Source: an uncultured Candidatus Saccharibacteria bacterium
Lineage (GTDB): Bacteria > Patescibacteriota > Saccharimonadia > Saccharimonadales > Saccharimonadaceae
DNA: 64,000 nt
Reading direction: 5' to 3'
NCBI GenBank assembly: GCA_964618945.1
Contig: CAZUDH010000002.1
Location: forward strand, 30,712 to 94,711
A model generated the notes under the pieces. The model had not been told where the DNA came from. It was given only the letters and a program-made list of their open reading frames with translations, and did not search any database. Both the position numbers and the translations under genes were made by a program. Positions 1 to 8,332 of this stretch are shown here, in pieces; position 1 is the first letter of the stretch, and each line of letters starts with the position of its first letter.

Positions 1-39
1 ATCACGACTAGTCATTATTAAACCCGATATTCTTCAATG

Positions 40-1296
40 CTACATTCTTTGCGCTAAGCTCTCGCCAACTTTCTGTATCGCACCCACTACCAATGCATTA
101 CCTGCGATAAAGGCTCTCTTTCCATCTGAAACACCGTCTAGCTTTGTGTGGTTATCCGGGAACATATCTAGTCGTTCAAGCTCAACAGGAACAAGACGAC
201 GATATCTTCCGCTGGGCGTTTTGATAACGTGTTTGAACCTTGAGGGGCCTGTTCCGCCCTCTCCAGTAATAATTGTTCTTGATGGTTTATCGAGCGCATC
301 AGGGAATGTCATTGCACCTTCCGAGTAGAAGTAGACGTGTCCGTCGGCGGTGCGCCGCTCTTCTCGTTTAGCTCCTTTTAAATACTCCCAATCCTTTAGC
401 TTTTCCTTGGAGATATAGAATTCCTTAGGAACGTCGTTTTCGTCAATCAAGATATCACCGAGCTTTGTGTACGGGCCCCGGTAAGAAGGTAGGACATGTG
501 CAGTTGTTACTTTTCTGTCAATCATTACACCTGCATTATCGAAGGGACTCAAGGTGGGGTGATTTGAAGAGAAATTATTCGTAATATCAACCTGCGTTCC
601 CTCGATTACGAATTCCTTATGCATAGGCGCGTCCTGTTCAATAGGAAAGGCATCTACGAACACTCCTTTTTGCGTAATCCAGTCGACGCTGCTGGAGAGA
701 GCTTCTATCTGTCTGTATAACTTGGTACCTTTCTTGTAACCTAGAATAAACACCCTTCGTCGGCGCTGAGGAAACCCATAGTCTGCGGCATTTACTACAC
801 GCCATTCAACTGCATAACCCAAATCAGAAAGGGCTGAAAGCATAACTGCAAAATCTTTGCCTCGTTGCTTAGCGGGAGATTTAAGTAACCTATCTACATT
901 CTCGAGAAATAGATAGTCTGGTGCCTTATCGCCTTTCAATTTCAAAATATTATATATAGACCAGAAAAGAATTCCCTTTTTACCAACAAGCCCCTTTGAA
1001 CGCTTAAGAGTACTTGCAACAGAATAATCCTGGCATGGAAACCCACCGACTAATAGGTTGTGGTCTGGAATCGAATCGAAATCATTTTCGATAACTGTCT
1101 CGATATTCTCTGCGCTCAGGGATTTCTCACCAAAGCGAGCTGCGTAAATTTCTGCTGCATGTTGCCTTACAGTTGATGGTTCCCACTGACTTGCCCATAC
1201 AGTCTCATACTTGTGCTTCTCGTCGCTTGCGTTGTCTAGCCCTATACGGAACCCGCCGACACCTGCAAATAGTTCCACTACTTTTATTTTCTTCAT
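40..1296 (-). CDS. DNA (cytosine-5)-methyltransferase, type II R-M methylase
   Basis: Ordered m5C-MTase motifs are present: FAGVGGF (I), GGFPCQDYS (IV, PCQ), ENV (VI), QRRRRVF (VIII) and GNA (X). The ATG at 1296 (MKKIKVVELF) is preferred over the TTG at 1317. It is divergent from the adjacent endonuclease gene. Confidence 0.9.
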   Translation of the reverse strand: MKKIKVVELFAGVGGFRIGLDNASDEKHKYETVWASQWEPSTVRQHAAEIYAARFGEKSLSAENIETVIENDFDSIPDHNLLVGGFPCQDYSVASTLKRSKGLVGKKGILFWSIYNILKLKGDKAPDYLFLENVDRLLKSPAKQRGKDFAVMLSALSDLGYAVEWRVVNAADYGFPQRRRRVFILGYKKGTKLYRQIEALSSSVDWITQKGVFVDAFPIEQDAPMHKEFVIEGTQVDITNNFSSNHPTLSPFDNAGVMIDRKVTTAHVLPSYRGPYTKLGDILIDENDVPKEFYISKEKLKDWEYLKGAKREERRTADGHVYFYSEGAMTFPDALDKPSRTIITGEGGTGPSRFKHVIKTPSGRYRRLVPVELERLDMFPDNHTKLDGVSDGKRAFIAGNALVVGAIQKVGESLAQRM

Positions 1297-1361
1297 ATTG
1301 ATATTGTAGCAATACAAAAGGATTCGATCAATAGTCAGTTTAATCTGTTACAATCGAAGTT

Positions 1362-2705
1362 ATGAATAATGGCTTACCATACGACATCACTTCACCAGCT
1401 TCGATACTTGAGTATGCGCATGGTCTATCAGGCAAGACATTAGAAGAGGTAGTCGCGTTAGACGACTTCTTTGAGAACGCGAAAAACAAAGGCGACCTCG
1501 GTACAATGGTTGAACGTTACTATTTCAGGCATACACCGCCAAACACTCATGACCCTGACTTCGCGGAGGCGGGAGTAGAGCTAAAGACTACTGGTGTGAA
1601 GAAAAACAAAGCTGGCCAATTCAGGGCAAAAGAAAGATTAGTACTAACTAATATTGACTATGTCGCATTAGATAAAGAAGTCTGGACGAACAGTAACCTA
1701 ATGAATAAGTGCGGACTGATGCTATTGTTATTTTATTACTATGAAAAGATAGAGGTGTTTCGCCGTCGCTTCGTGTATGAGCCGTTATTATGGAGTTTCC
1801 CAACGACAGACCTTGAAATAATCAGAAAAGACTGGGAGACAATCAAGCAAAAGGTTCGTGAAGGTAAGGCACATGAACTTTCAGAAGGAGACACTTTTTA
1901 CCTAGGAGCATGTCGTAAAGGTTCGGGCGGCGAGAAAGAACCGTTGAAGCATCAGCCTCATTCTGTAATAAAAGCTAAGGCTCGTGCCTTCTCGTTAAAG
2001 CCAAGTTACATAAACACTATCATCGATAACCATGCGCAACCAGCACTCATTAAGTCAAAAGATGATGCACAAATCGGTCTAGAAGAGCTAGTAACTCGAA
2101 GGTTCGCGCCGTATATAGGCAAGACGGTCGAAGAGATTAGTGATATGCTCGATTTCCACAAGAAGAGCAAGAATCATAAAGGCTTTGGTAAAGCTCTGGT
2201 GATGCGAATTTTAGGAACGACAAAAAAGACTATCCCAGAATTTGAAAAAGCAGATATCGAAGCAAAGCTAATCACCCTAAATCGTAGCGGCTCACCCACT
2301 GAGTATTTGCAGTTCCCGACTTTCGACTACATGAAAATTATTGAGGAAGATTGGTCTGATTCTAGCTTTTTCGCTAAGTTAGAGAAAAAGTTTCTATTCA
2401 TTATTTTCCAAGTTGGCCCCGATAAGAAAGTCAGGCTAAGCAAGACTATGTTCTGGAATATGCCATATTCCGACCGCATGGAAGCTAGAAAGGTATGGTC
2501 TACAACTAAGAGTCGCGTTGCGAACCACCAAGCAACGGCCCTGCCAAAAATTTCAGAAAATGACGTTGCGCATGTTCGCCCTCATGGCGCAAACAACACT
2601 ACAGCACTATTCCCAACTCCGGAGGGAAACATGCTTCCAAAGATGGGCTTCTGGCTCAATAAGAAATATATAGCCTCACAAATCACTTCAATAAAAACAG
2701 AATAG
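1362..2705 (+). CDS. Type II restriction endonuclease, Sau3AI/MutH-like (predicted GATC-type)
   Basis: The N-terminal block GDLGTMVERYYF...DFAEAGVELKTTGVKKNKAGQFRAKERLVLTNIDY matches my memory of the MutH/Sau3AI catalytic core (D...E-x-K). Pairing with an m5C MTase matches the Sau3AI system. No search was run. Confidence 0.7.
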   Translation: MNNGLPYDITSPASILEYAHGLSGKTLEEVVALDDFFENAKNKGDLGTMVERYYFRHTPPNTHDPDFAEAGVELKTTGVKKNKAGQFRAKERLVLTNIDYVALDKEVWTNSNLMNKCGLMLLLFYYYEKIEVFRRRFVYEPLLWSFPTTDLEIIRKDWETIKQKVREGKAHELSEGDTFYLGACRKGSGGEKEPLKHQPHSVIKAKARAFSLKPSYINTIIDNHAQPALIKSKDDAQIGLEELVTRRFAPYIGKTVEEISDMLDFHKKSKNHKGFGKALVMRILGTTKKTIPEFEKADIEAKLITLNRSGSPTEYLQFPTFDYMKIIEEDWSDSSFFAKLEKKFLFIIFQVGPDKKVRLSKTMFWNMPYSDRMEARKVWSTTKSRVANHQATALPKISENDVAHVRPHGANNTTALFPTPEGNMLPKMGFWLNKKYIASQITSIKTE

Positions 2706-2999
2706 CGTTTGCATCTCGGCCAACTCTATAAGTGCGATTGTTTCTATCTCACTATTAGAAAGTGTCGATTCATAGTCTATGTTATCGATGCGCTCCCTAT
2801 CTGGTAGTGCCCATTCATTCATTACTAAATCATCATGTAGTCTAGCTGCAAAACCATATGGTACAAATAGTGCTATCTGAATCCAATACGGGTGTAGGAC
2901 ACCTCTACGGCGCTCTACGAGGGCTTGTAGTGTAACTATCTGGCTAGGAAGCAGTCCATGCGATAAACAGATTTCCCAGAATGAGCGAATTGGTTCCAT
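2688..2999 (-). CDS. Hypothetical protein (103 aa), weak
   Basis: Only an ORF is seen, with no clear RBS. It overlaps the endonuclease 3' end by 18 nt and lies downstream of a terminator. Confidence 0.3.
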   Translation of the reverse strand: MEPIRSFWEICLSHGLLPSQIVTLQALVERRRGVLHPYWIQIALFVPYGFAARLHDDLVMNEWALPDRERIDNIDYESTLSNSEIETIALIELAEMQTLFCFY

Positions 3000-3043
3000 A
3001 ACCCAATAATATTGTCATGTCCACCTAAGCTCAACTGATAACA

Positions 3044-3069
3044 GAAAAACCCGTCAGGCGTGACGGGTT
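3044..3069 (-). terminator. Rho-independent terminator for the 3093-3551 gene
   Basis: A 9-bp stem (aacccgtca/tgacgggtt) with loop ggcg is followed on the minus strand by TTTTT. Confidence 0.65.
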
Positions 3070-3092
3070 AAATCTGGGTATTGCCGATTTAG

Positions 3093-3551
3093 CTACAGCA
3101 GCGTATCAACCTGCACTTTCATATTTGCATAACCAGAAATACTATCTGTTGTCATAAGACTAAAGGTTTTAGTTTCACCTGGAGCGACATCATTGACCGC
3201 ACCCGTCGCAGTACCCATTATCTTGCCGTCTGCGGCGTAGAACGTGGCTTTAAGGGTAGCCGAGTGCTTCCCGGTATCATTGTTGGTTATCTCGCCATCG
3301 ACCTGATTCATCCCGTAACCCTTATCGGTAACCACTGAGTTTTTGATGGTCATTTTTTCTGTTACTGTTTCGGCCTTCGCCGTTGTGTCTGTGGTCGTGT
3401 TTGACGTAGAGGTCTTGTCGCTATTACTATTTGTTACGGTTTCGGTGTTTGACTTATTACCCGTGGCACCGCCTATGCCGATTAGTACGACTACGATAAT
3501 GAGCCATACCCACCATTTTTTGAACCATGGCTTAGATTCTTTTGTATTCAT
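3093..3551 (-). CDS. Membrane-anchored extracellular protein with a beta-rich (FxLYD/DUF4352-like) domain
   Basis: An AGGAGG RBS precedes the ATG. It has an N-terminal TM (WWVWLIIVVVLIGIGG), an S/T-rich linker and a C-terminal beta-rich domain (GEITNNDTGKHSATLKATFYAADGKIMG...APGETKTF). Confidence 0.7.
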   Translation of the reverse strand: MNTKESKPWFKKWWVWLIIVVVLIGIGGATGNKSNTETVTNSNSDKTSTSNTTTDTTAKAETVTEKMTIKNSVVTDKGYGMNQVDGEITNNDTGKHSATLKATFYAADGKIMGTATGAVNDVAPGETKTFSLMTTDSISGYANMKVQVDTLL

Positions 3552-3595
3552 TTGAGCCCTCCTTAAAGGCTAGTTAGTGTTGGCGGGGTTTCCAT

Positions 3596-3718
3596 AAAAA
3601 AGGACGACCCGCAGGTCGTCTAAAACCAGTACCAGCTTACGCTAAATACTTTTACGCGAGTCGCCCATTTCTAAGCGTAAACACGCATTGTGCGATGTTT
3701 GATACTGGTTTTAGACTC
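3596..3718 (-). ncRNA. Candidate small RNA (about 120 nt) with its own promoter and terminator
   Basis: On the minus strand, -35 TTGCCA (3749-3754), an 18-nt spacer and -10 TATATA(AT) (3723-3730) form a promoter. A 14-bp closing stem joins gtctaaaaccagta (3618-3631) to tactggttttagac (3703-3716), and an inner 7-bp stem joins 3637-3643 to 3674-3680. A terminal hairpin gacgacc/ggtcgtc (3603-3620) is followed by T6. There is no ORF. Confidence 0.4.
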
Positions 3719-3796
3719 TTTTATTATATAGCGTTTTGATAAAAACAGTGGCAACAACAGTGACTTTTTCGAATTCTGGCTATAATAGTAGCTATA

Positions 3797-4480
3797 GTGA
3801 AGAGGTCTGAAAAGCAGGATAGATTACTAAAAAAGCTAGGGGCAGATTTCCATATTAGGAGCTTCCCGGAAGATGGCACTACTTTTTTTCGTCCACCGGA
3901 TGTCGTTCTCCATACCTTTCTACTTAAATTTCTCGATGACTATTCTTGGCGCGAGGACATGCCTCAAAATCACATACGTCTCCACATCTTCGAGAGAGAT
4001 GAATTCTCTCCCGAAACACCAAAGCCTGCCATTAACGAACAAGAGCAATACGACTTGTTACGCTGGTTGAGGCTCAATAAGTATCTGACTTTTTCGAATG
4101 CAGATGGAGATGGTTTCGTTGATATACACGATGTTGATGACTTGGCCCTTGAGAACATTCTCGATGGCTTATCCCCTGAAATCAAACCTGCAAAAGTCAC
4201 CTACGTACCCTCAGACAGGGTCGTCATCTACAATGGGCTTAGGCACAAAATGCGCGGTCGTAACCTAAAGATATTCGACCTACTTGCAAGGAATCCGAAC
4301 GACCGCATTTCAAAAGAGAAGATTTGGCGAACAGCCGGCATTCGAGCCGTATCAAAAAGAGATTATGCTGCTTTCAGCAAGATGATAAACGACGTACGTA
4401 TCACTCTCAAAGCTAGCGGCGACGAGATAAAATTGGACGGTTCCGTGACACTCCATGCATATGTAGAAATTATTGATTAA
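3797..4480 (+). CDS. Winged-helix (OmpR/PhoB C-terminal-like) DNA-binding protein without a receiver domain
   Basis: The C-terminal pattern LKIFDLLARNPNDRISKEKIWRTAG...FSKMINDVRITLK resembles a trans_reg_C wHTH. The start is GTG, only about 10 nt after a TATAAT (3781-3786), so the mRNA may be leaderless. Confidence 0.55.
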   Translation: MKRSEKQDRLLKKLGADFHIRSFPEDGTTFFRPPDVVLHTFLLKFLDDYSWREDMPQNHIRLHIFERDEFSPETPKPAINEQEQYDLLRWLRLNKYLTFSNADGDGFVDIHDVDDLALENILDGLSPEIKPAKVTYVPSDRVVIYNGLRHKMRGRNLKIFDLLARNPNDRISKEKIWRTAGIRAVSKRDYAAFSKMINDVRITLKASGDEIKLDGSVTLHAYVEIID

Positions 4481-4737
4481 ATCAGTGTACTTCCGTACAA
4501 ATAATTGGCTTTGCGAGGCTAGATAACCCCTGTTATTTTGTGCTTTTCCGGTTTTTACTCAGCTCCAGAAAGGGAGCAGACTAAATACATGCTCGAGGGG
4601 AATTGGCAAGAAAAAATATCGATAAGTGAGTATGAAAGGGCTTTCACGGAATTCGCTAGTTTTCTGCATGAGCTATATAGAAAACAAAAACTATTTGAGC
4701 AACAAAATGTACCTACTAAATATCCTGAGGAGGATTA

Positions 4738-5171
4738 TGATGTCAAACAAGAAAAAACACAGTAAACAAATTGGTGTGGCATTTTGTCGTACCCATAGAA
4801 CGTATGAGGCTGCAATACACCACTTGAACCTTCAAGAACGTGTCCTTATAGAGGCTGCGGCTAAGCAAGGCGTAACACTTAAGCGAGTTATTAAATATCA
4901 AGGTCGGTCAGCAAGTCTTGAAGGACTAGTTGAGCTAACCAAGGGCGCGGACATCTTGTACATTGCGTCCAAAGACAGATTAACTAGGAGCTACGCGTAT
5001 TTTAGCCGAATAGTTGATTCGCTAGCGGCTCATGGCGTAGAAATCCGATACGTCAAGGAAGATATCGACTCAATATTTGACAATTGGGTGCAGCATTTTC
5101 GGAGTGAAGGAGACTACTGGGAGAAAGTCGCAAAGCAGCACATAGAAAAAGATAGTAAAAAGCCTTGCTGA
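4738..5171 (+). CDS. Resolvase-like (serine recombinase catalytic-domain fold) protein lacking the nucleophile serine and any HTH
   Basis: A GGAGGA RBS precedes the ATG at 4738. IGVAFCRTHRTYE aligns to the Y-x-R-V-S-T-x-x-Q motif with Ser replaced by His. DRLTRS is retained. There is no C-terminal DNA-binding domain. Confidence 0.55.
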
Positions 5172-5225
5172 ATTATATAAATTATTATATGGAATATATA
5201 ATTATAGAAGGAGGGTAAAATATAT

Positions 5226-6902
5226 ATGCCAAGCACAGTAAAAGCAATCGCACTTTGTCGTGTTTCAACAAGGGGGCAAGAGCTCGATGGTAACCTTGAG
5301 CCACAGATTGAGAATGTGAAGAACGCAGCGAAGCTCCTAGACGCAGACCTGGTTAAAACCTGGGCAGTCGCCGTTTCGAGCCGAAAGGGTAAAAACATCA
5401 ACCGAAAAGACCTTACGGAAATGAGGGAGTACTGCAAGCACTATCGCTCCGTTAAGTACCTTATAGTGGACGAGGTCGACCGTTTTATGCGCTCCATTAA
5501 GGAGTACTACTGGTGGAAGGTGGAGTTTGAAAGACTAGGCGTTGAGATTAGATTTGCTCATAACCCTCTCATTAACCCAGAGGAAGACAGAGCTATATTT
5601 GACGAATTGATTGATGTTTACCGTGCAGAACAGAGCAATAACGAACGTATAACAAAAACACCCGAGAAACAGAAAGCAAAACTATATGCGGGCTACTACC
5701 CAAGTAACCCGCATACAGGTTATAGAATATCGGAAGTTCCGGGCTTGCACATACCAGATGAGCCAAACTGGACTGCAATGCGAAACTCGTTTAAAGCAAT
5801 TGCTGCTGGCGAGTGCAGCATTGACGAAGGCTTGCGACGCGCCCTCGCTGACGGCCTTAGGACACGAAATTATGGCCCGAAGTCTGTCGGCGGAAATAAA
5901 ATAGACATGTATCGCTGGAAAGTTCTGCTGTCTGACCCGTACTACTGTGGAATTATTAAGTTTTCAGACTGGGACTTGGGCGATAAAGAGATAGATGGTC
6001 TACATCAGCCAATGATTTCTAAAGAGGAACATGAGATACTCGTTCGACTCGTCAAGACTAAAGGTAAACGGTTCACTATTACAAAAGGCGGCAACCCTGA
6101 TTATCCCTTGGCGAATATTGCAGAGTGCGCTCGGTGTGTGTTATCGGAATATAAACATCCTAGGCTGACAGGCGCAACACAGAATAACGGCGCCTCAAAG
6201 GGCTATAAACAATACCAGAGATACAGATGCAGAGCCTGTAATCTAGAGGTGAGAAGAGACGCATTCCATCAAGATATCACAGAGGAGCTATCGCGGCTCC
6301 TTCTTTCTAGTGAGCAAAGAGATAAGCTCAAAGAAAGTGCTCGAAAAATATGGAGCGCATATGAAAAAACAAGAATTGAAAAAGCACGAATCGCCCTGGG
6401 AAAGCTAACCGCATTAAAGGGGCGCAAGAAGGTAATTGTAGACCGCTTAATTGATGCGGAGTCCGTAGGCGACGAGACTGCAAGTGATATCAAGGAGCGA
6501 TTAGAGTCTCTTAAGGCTGAAATTGCAGAAGCTGAAAAAATTGCAGATGAGGCTCAAGATTTCGAAAAGGATTTTGAGGAGTTCATCGGGTTCGCATTCG
6601 ACTTCATAGACAATCTAAGGAGTGAATGGTGGAAATTAGACAGGCGAACATTAGGAATATATAAACAAATGCTATTTCCTGGCGGAATTCAACTGACACC
6701 AGACAAAAAAGTTTATATACCAAAAATAAGCCCGATTTACCTCTATAAAACACAAAAAACAGCCCCCGAAGGGACTGATTTTACTAGACTGGAGGGTCCG
6801 ATGGGGCTTGAACCCATGACACCCTGCTTAAAAGGCAGGTGCTCTAACCAGCTGAGCTACGGACCCATAATGGATGTGAACTTTATAAATACTACCGTAT
6901 AA
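5226..6902 (+). CDS. Large serine recombinase (integrase)
   Basis: A GAAGGAGGG RBS is present. It shows canonical ALCRVSTRGQ, DEVDRFMRS, a recombinase domain, a Cys-rich zinc-ribbon region (CARCV...YRCRACN) and a coiled-coil tail. The last ~37 codons are antisense to tRNA-Lys. Confidence 0.85.
   Translation: MPSTVKAIALCRVSTRGQELDGNLEPQIENVKNAAKLLDADLVKTWAVAVSSRKGKNINRKDLTEMREYCKHYRSVKYLIVDEVDRFMRSIKEYYWWKVEFERLGVEIRFAHNPLINPEEDRAIFDELIDVYRAEQSNNERITKTPEKQKAKLYAGYYPSNPHTGYRISEVPGLHIPDEPNWTAMRNSFKAIAAGECSIDEGLRRALADGLRTRNYGPKSVGGNKIDMYRWKVLLSDPYYCGIIKFSDWDLGDKEIDGLHQPMISKEEHEILVRLVKTKGKRFTITKGGNPDYPLANIAECARCVLSEYKHPRLTGATQNNGASKGYKQYQRYRCRACNLEVRRDAFHQDITEELSRLLLSSEQRDKLKESARKIWSAYEKTRIEKARIALGKLTALKGRKKVIVDRLIDAESVGDETASDIKERLESLKAEIAEAEKIADEAQDFEKDFEEFIGFAFDFIDNLRSEWWKLDRRTLGIYKQMLFPGGIQLTPDKKVYIPKISPIYLYKTQKTAPEGTDFTRLEGPMGLEPMTPCLKGRCSNQLSYGPIMDVNFINTTV
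6790..6866 (-). tRNA. tRNA-Lys (anticodon TTT), CCA encoded
   Basis: A 77-nt cloverleaf was read by hand: GGGTCCG/CGGACCC acceptor, D arm GCTC..GAGC, anticodon arm CCTGC-CTTTTAA-GCAGG, T arm ATGGG-TTCAAGC-CCCAT, then discriminator T plus CCA. Confidence 0.9.
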
Positions 6903-6913
6903 GGGGTAAAGTG

Positions 6914-7402
6914 TCAATGCTTCTTGCGTTTTGGATGGTCGCCAATACCTGTGTGCAATGATAGCATATCAATAATTGCAACGATTAAACCTGCCGTCAC
7001 AATATATACCCGATTCTCTACCAACCATTTATACACCATTCGATTTTGATCAGTTAAAATAAATGCGCTCCCTACAGGCTCAATCAAAAATACAGTAGCC
7101 AGCAGCCCAAAAGCCAGTGCGCCAAACCAGCGTAGATGCGTGCTGCGGTAGCTTGGCCCACTGAACAACAGTAGTGCGGCAGGCAACAGAACCAGAACGA
7201 CTGCAATAATTGTTTTTAGTGGCGGGTTGTCCGACGTAAACCCGGCCTGAGAAACGATAGGCGTTAGAGCACCTGTCCACAAATTGCTTAGCATTGCACC
7301 GGCTGCTAGTGCCAGGCCAAGCACACCGAAGCGTCGTTTGGTAATAAATGCCAAAAGAAACAGTGGCACCAACAGTGTCAATACAATAAGCGCCGTGTCC
7401 AT
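6914..7402 (-). CDS. Hypothetical multi-pass membrane protein
   Basis: The 162-aa ORF has four to five hydrophobic segments. No family was recognised. Confidence 0.55.
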   Translation of the reverse strand: MDTALIVLTLLVPLFLLAFITKRRFGVLGLALAAGAMLSNLWTGALTPIVSQAGFTSDNPPLKTIIAVVLVLLPAALLLFSGPSYRSTHLRWFGALAFGLLATVFLIEPVGSAFILTDQNRMVYKWLVENRVYIVTAGLIVAIIDMLSLHTGIGDHPKRKKH

Positions 7403-7426
7403 ACTGCTAGTATAGCAGCCAGTTCG

Positions 7427-8332
7427 CTATGCGCCGACTTTGTCTTTTTTCGGACGTCGCTTTGCGTTTTGTTCGATGTATTCAATAATCTTTTCAGCAA
7501 CATTGCGCTTCGTAATAAGTTCTGGAGTTTTGATACTGGCGCTGCTGTTCACTTCGAGTACCAATGGACCACGCTCACTTCGCATCATATCGACACCACA
7601 AATTGATAATCCCATGGCCTTGGCGGCTTTAACAGCTGTCTTGCGTTCTTCATCGGTTAATTTTACCGATACACCTTCACCACCCTGATGGGTATTGCTA
7701 CGAAAATCGCCATCGAGGCTTTGGCGCTTCACACTCGCCACCACTCGCCCACCAACAACCAATGCGCGAATATCAGTACCAGCGCTTTCTTTAATAAACT
7801 CTTGCACCAAGAAATTCACGCCCTCCACGTAGAAAGCCTGCATTACTGCTTTGGCCGCCTTCGGGGTTTCGGCAAGCACTACCCCGTTGCCATGGGTACC
7901 GCGTGCTACTTTGATAATCAGCGGTGTTCCACCAGCAAGTTCGACAATATCATCAAAACTAGCAGACTCGCGAGCAAACACTGTCTTTGGAATTCCCACT
8001 CCAGCTTTCGCCAAAACTTGGTACGCCCGTAATTTGTCACGCGAGCGATTGATAGCCAAGCTTCCTGCAGTCGTGAATGAACCTTGCGCTTCAAACTGGC
8101 GTACGATTGCCGATCCATACTTGGTATAACTTTGCGCAATGCGCGGAATAATTGCATCGAAATGCTCCAAATCTTCACCCTTATACCGAACGGCGTTGTG
8201 ATTCGATTCAATCGCCGTGTACGCATCTTTGTATTTGATAACACGCACGTCATGCCCACGCTTCTTCGCTTCTTCTTTGAGACGCTTTGTCGTGTAATTG
8301 GCGGGTCCGTTACTTAAAATGGCGATCTTCAT
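7427..8332 (-). CDS. rimK: RimK-type ATP-grasp alpha-L-glutamate ligase
   Basis: The N-terminus MKIAILSNGP..YTTKRLKEEAKKRGHDVRVI and the ATP-grasp core (PLIIKVARGTHGNGVVL, LVQEFI, GDFRSNTHQGG, GVDMM) are typical of RimK. Its ATG overlaps the upstream gene's TGA (ATGA at 8329-8332). Confidence 0.85.
   Translation of the reverse strand: MKIAILSNGPANYTTKRLKEEAKKRGHDVRVIKYKDAYTAIESNHNAVRYKGEDLEHFDAIIPRIAQSYTKYGSAIVRQFEAQGSFTTAGSLAINRSRDKLRAYQVLAKAGVGIPKTVFARESASFDDIVELAGGTPLIIKVARGTHGNGVVLAETPKAAKAVMQAFYVEGVNFLVQEFIKESAGTDIRALVVGGRVVASVKRQSLDGDFRSNTHQGGEGVSVKLTDEERKTAVKAAKAMGLSICGVDMMRSERGPLVLEVNSSASIKTPELITKRNVAEKIIEYIEQNAKRRPKKDKVGA

Noticed and set aside
4538-4765. A 75-aa ORF (or a 58-aa version from the ATG at 4589) between the winged-helix gene and the resolvase-like gene.
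   Set aside because: It overlaps the RBS-supported start of the resolvase-like gene by 28 nt, and the first listed start is a TTG with no RBS. A real small protein is possible but unsupported.
5114-5437. A 107-aa minus-strand ORF spanning the junction of the two recombinase genes.
   Set aside because: It is antisense to two better-supported genes and to their AT-rich intergenic promoter/RBS region, and its composition is implausible.
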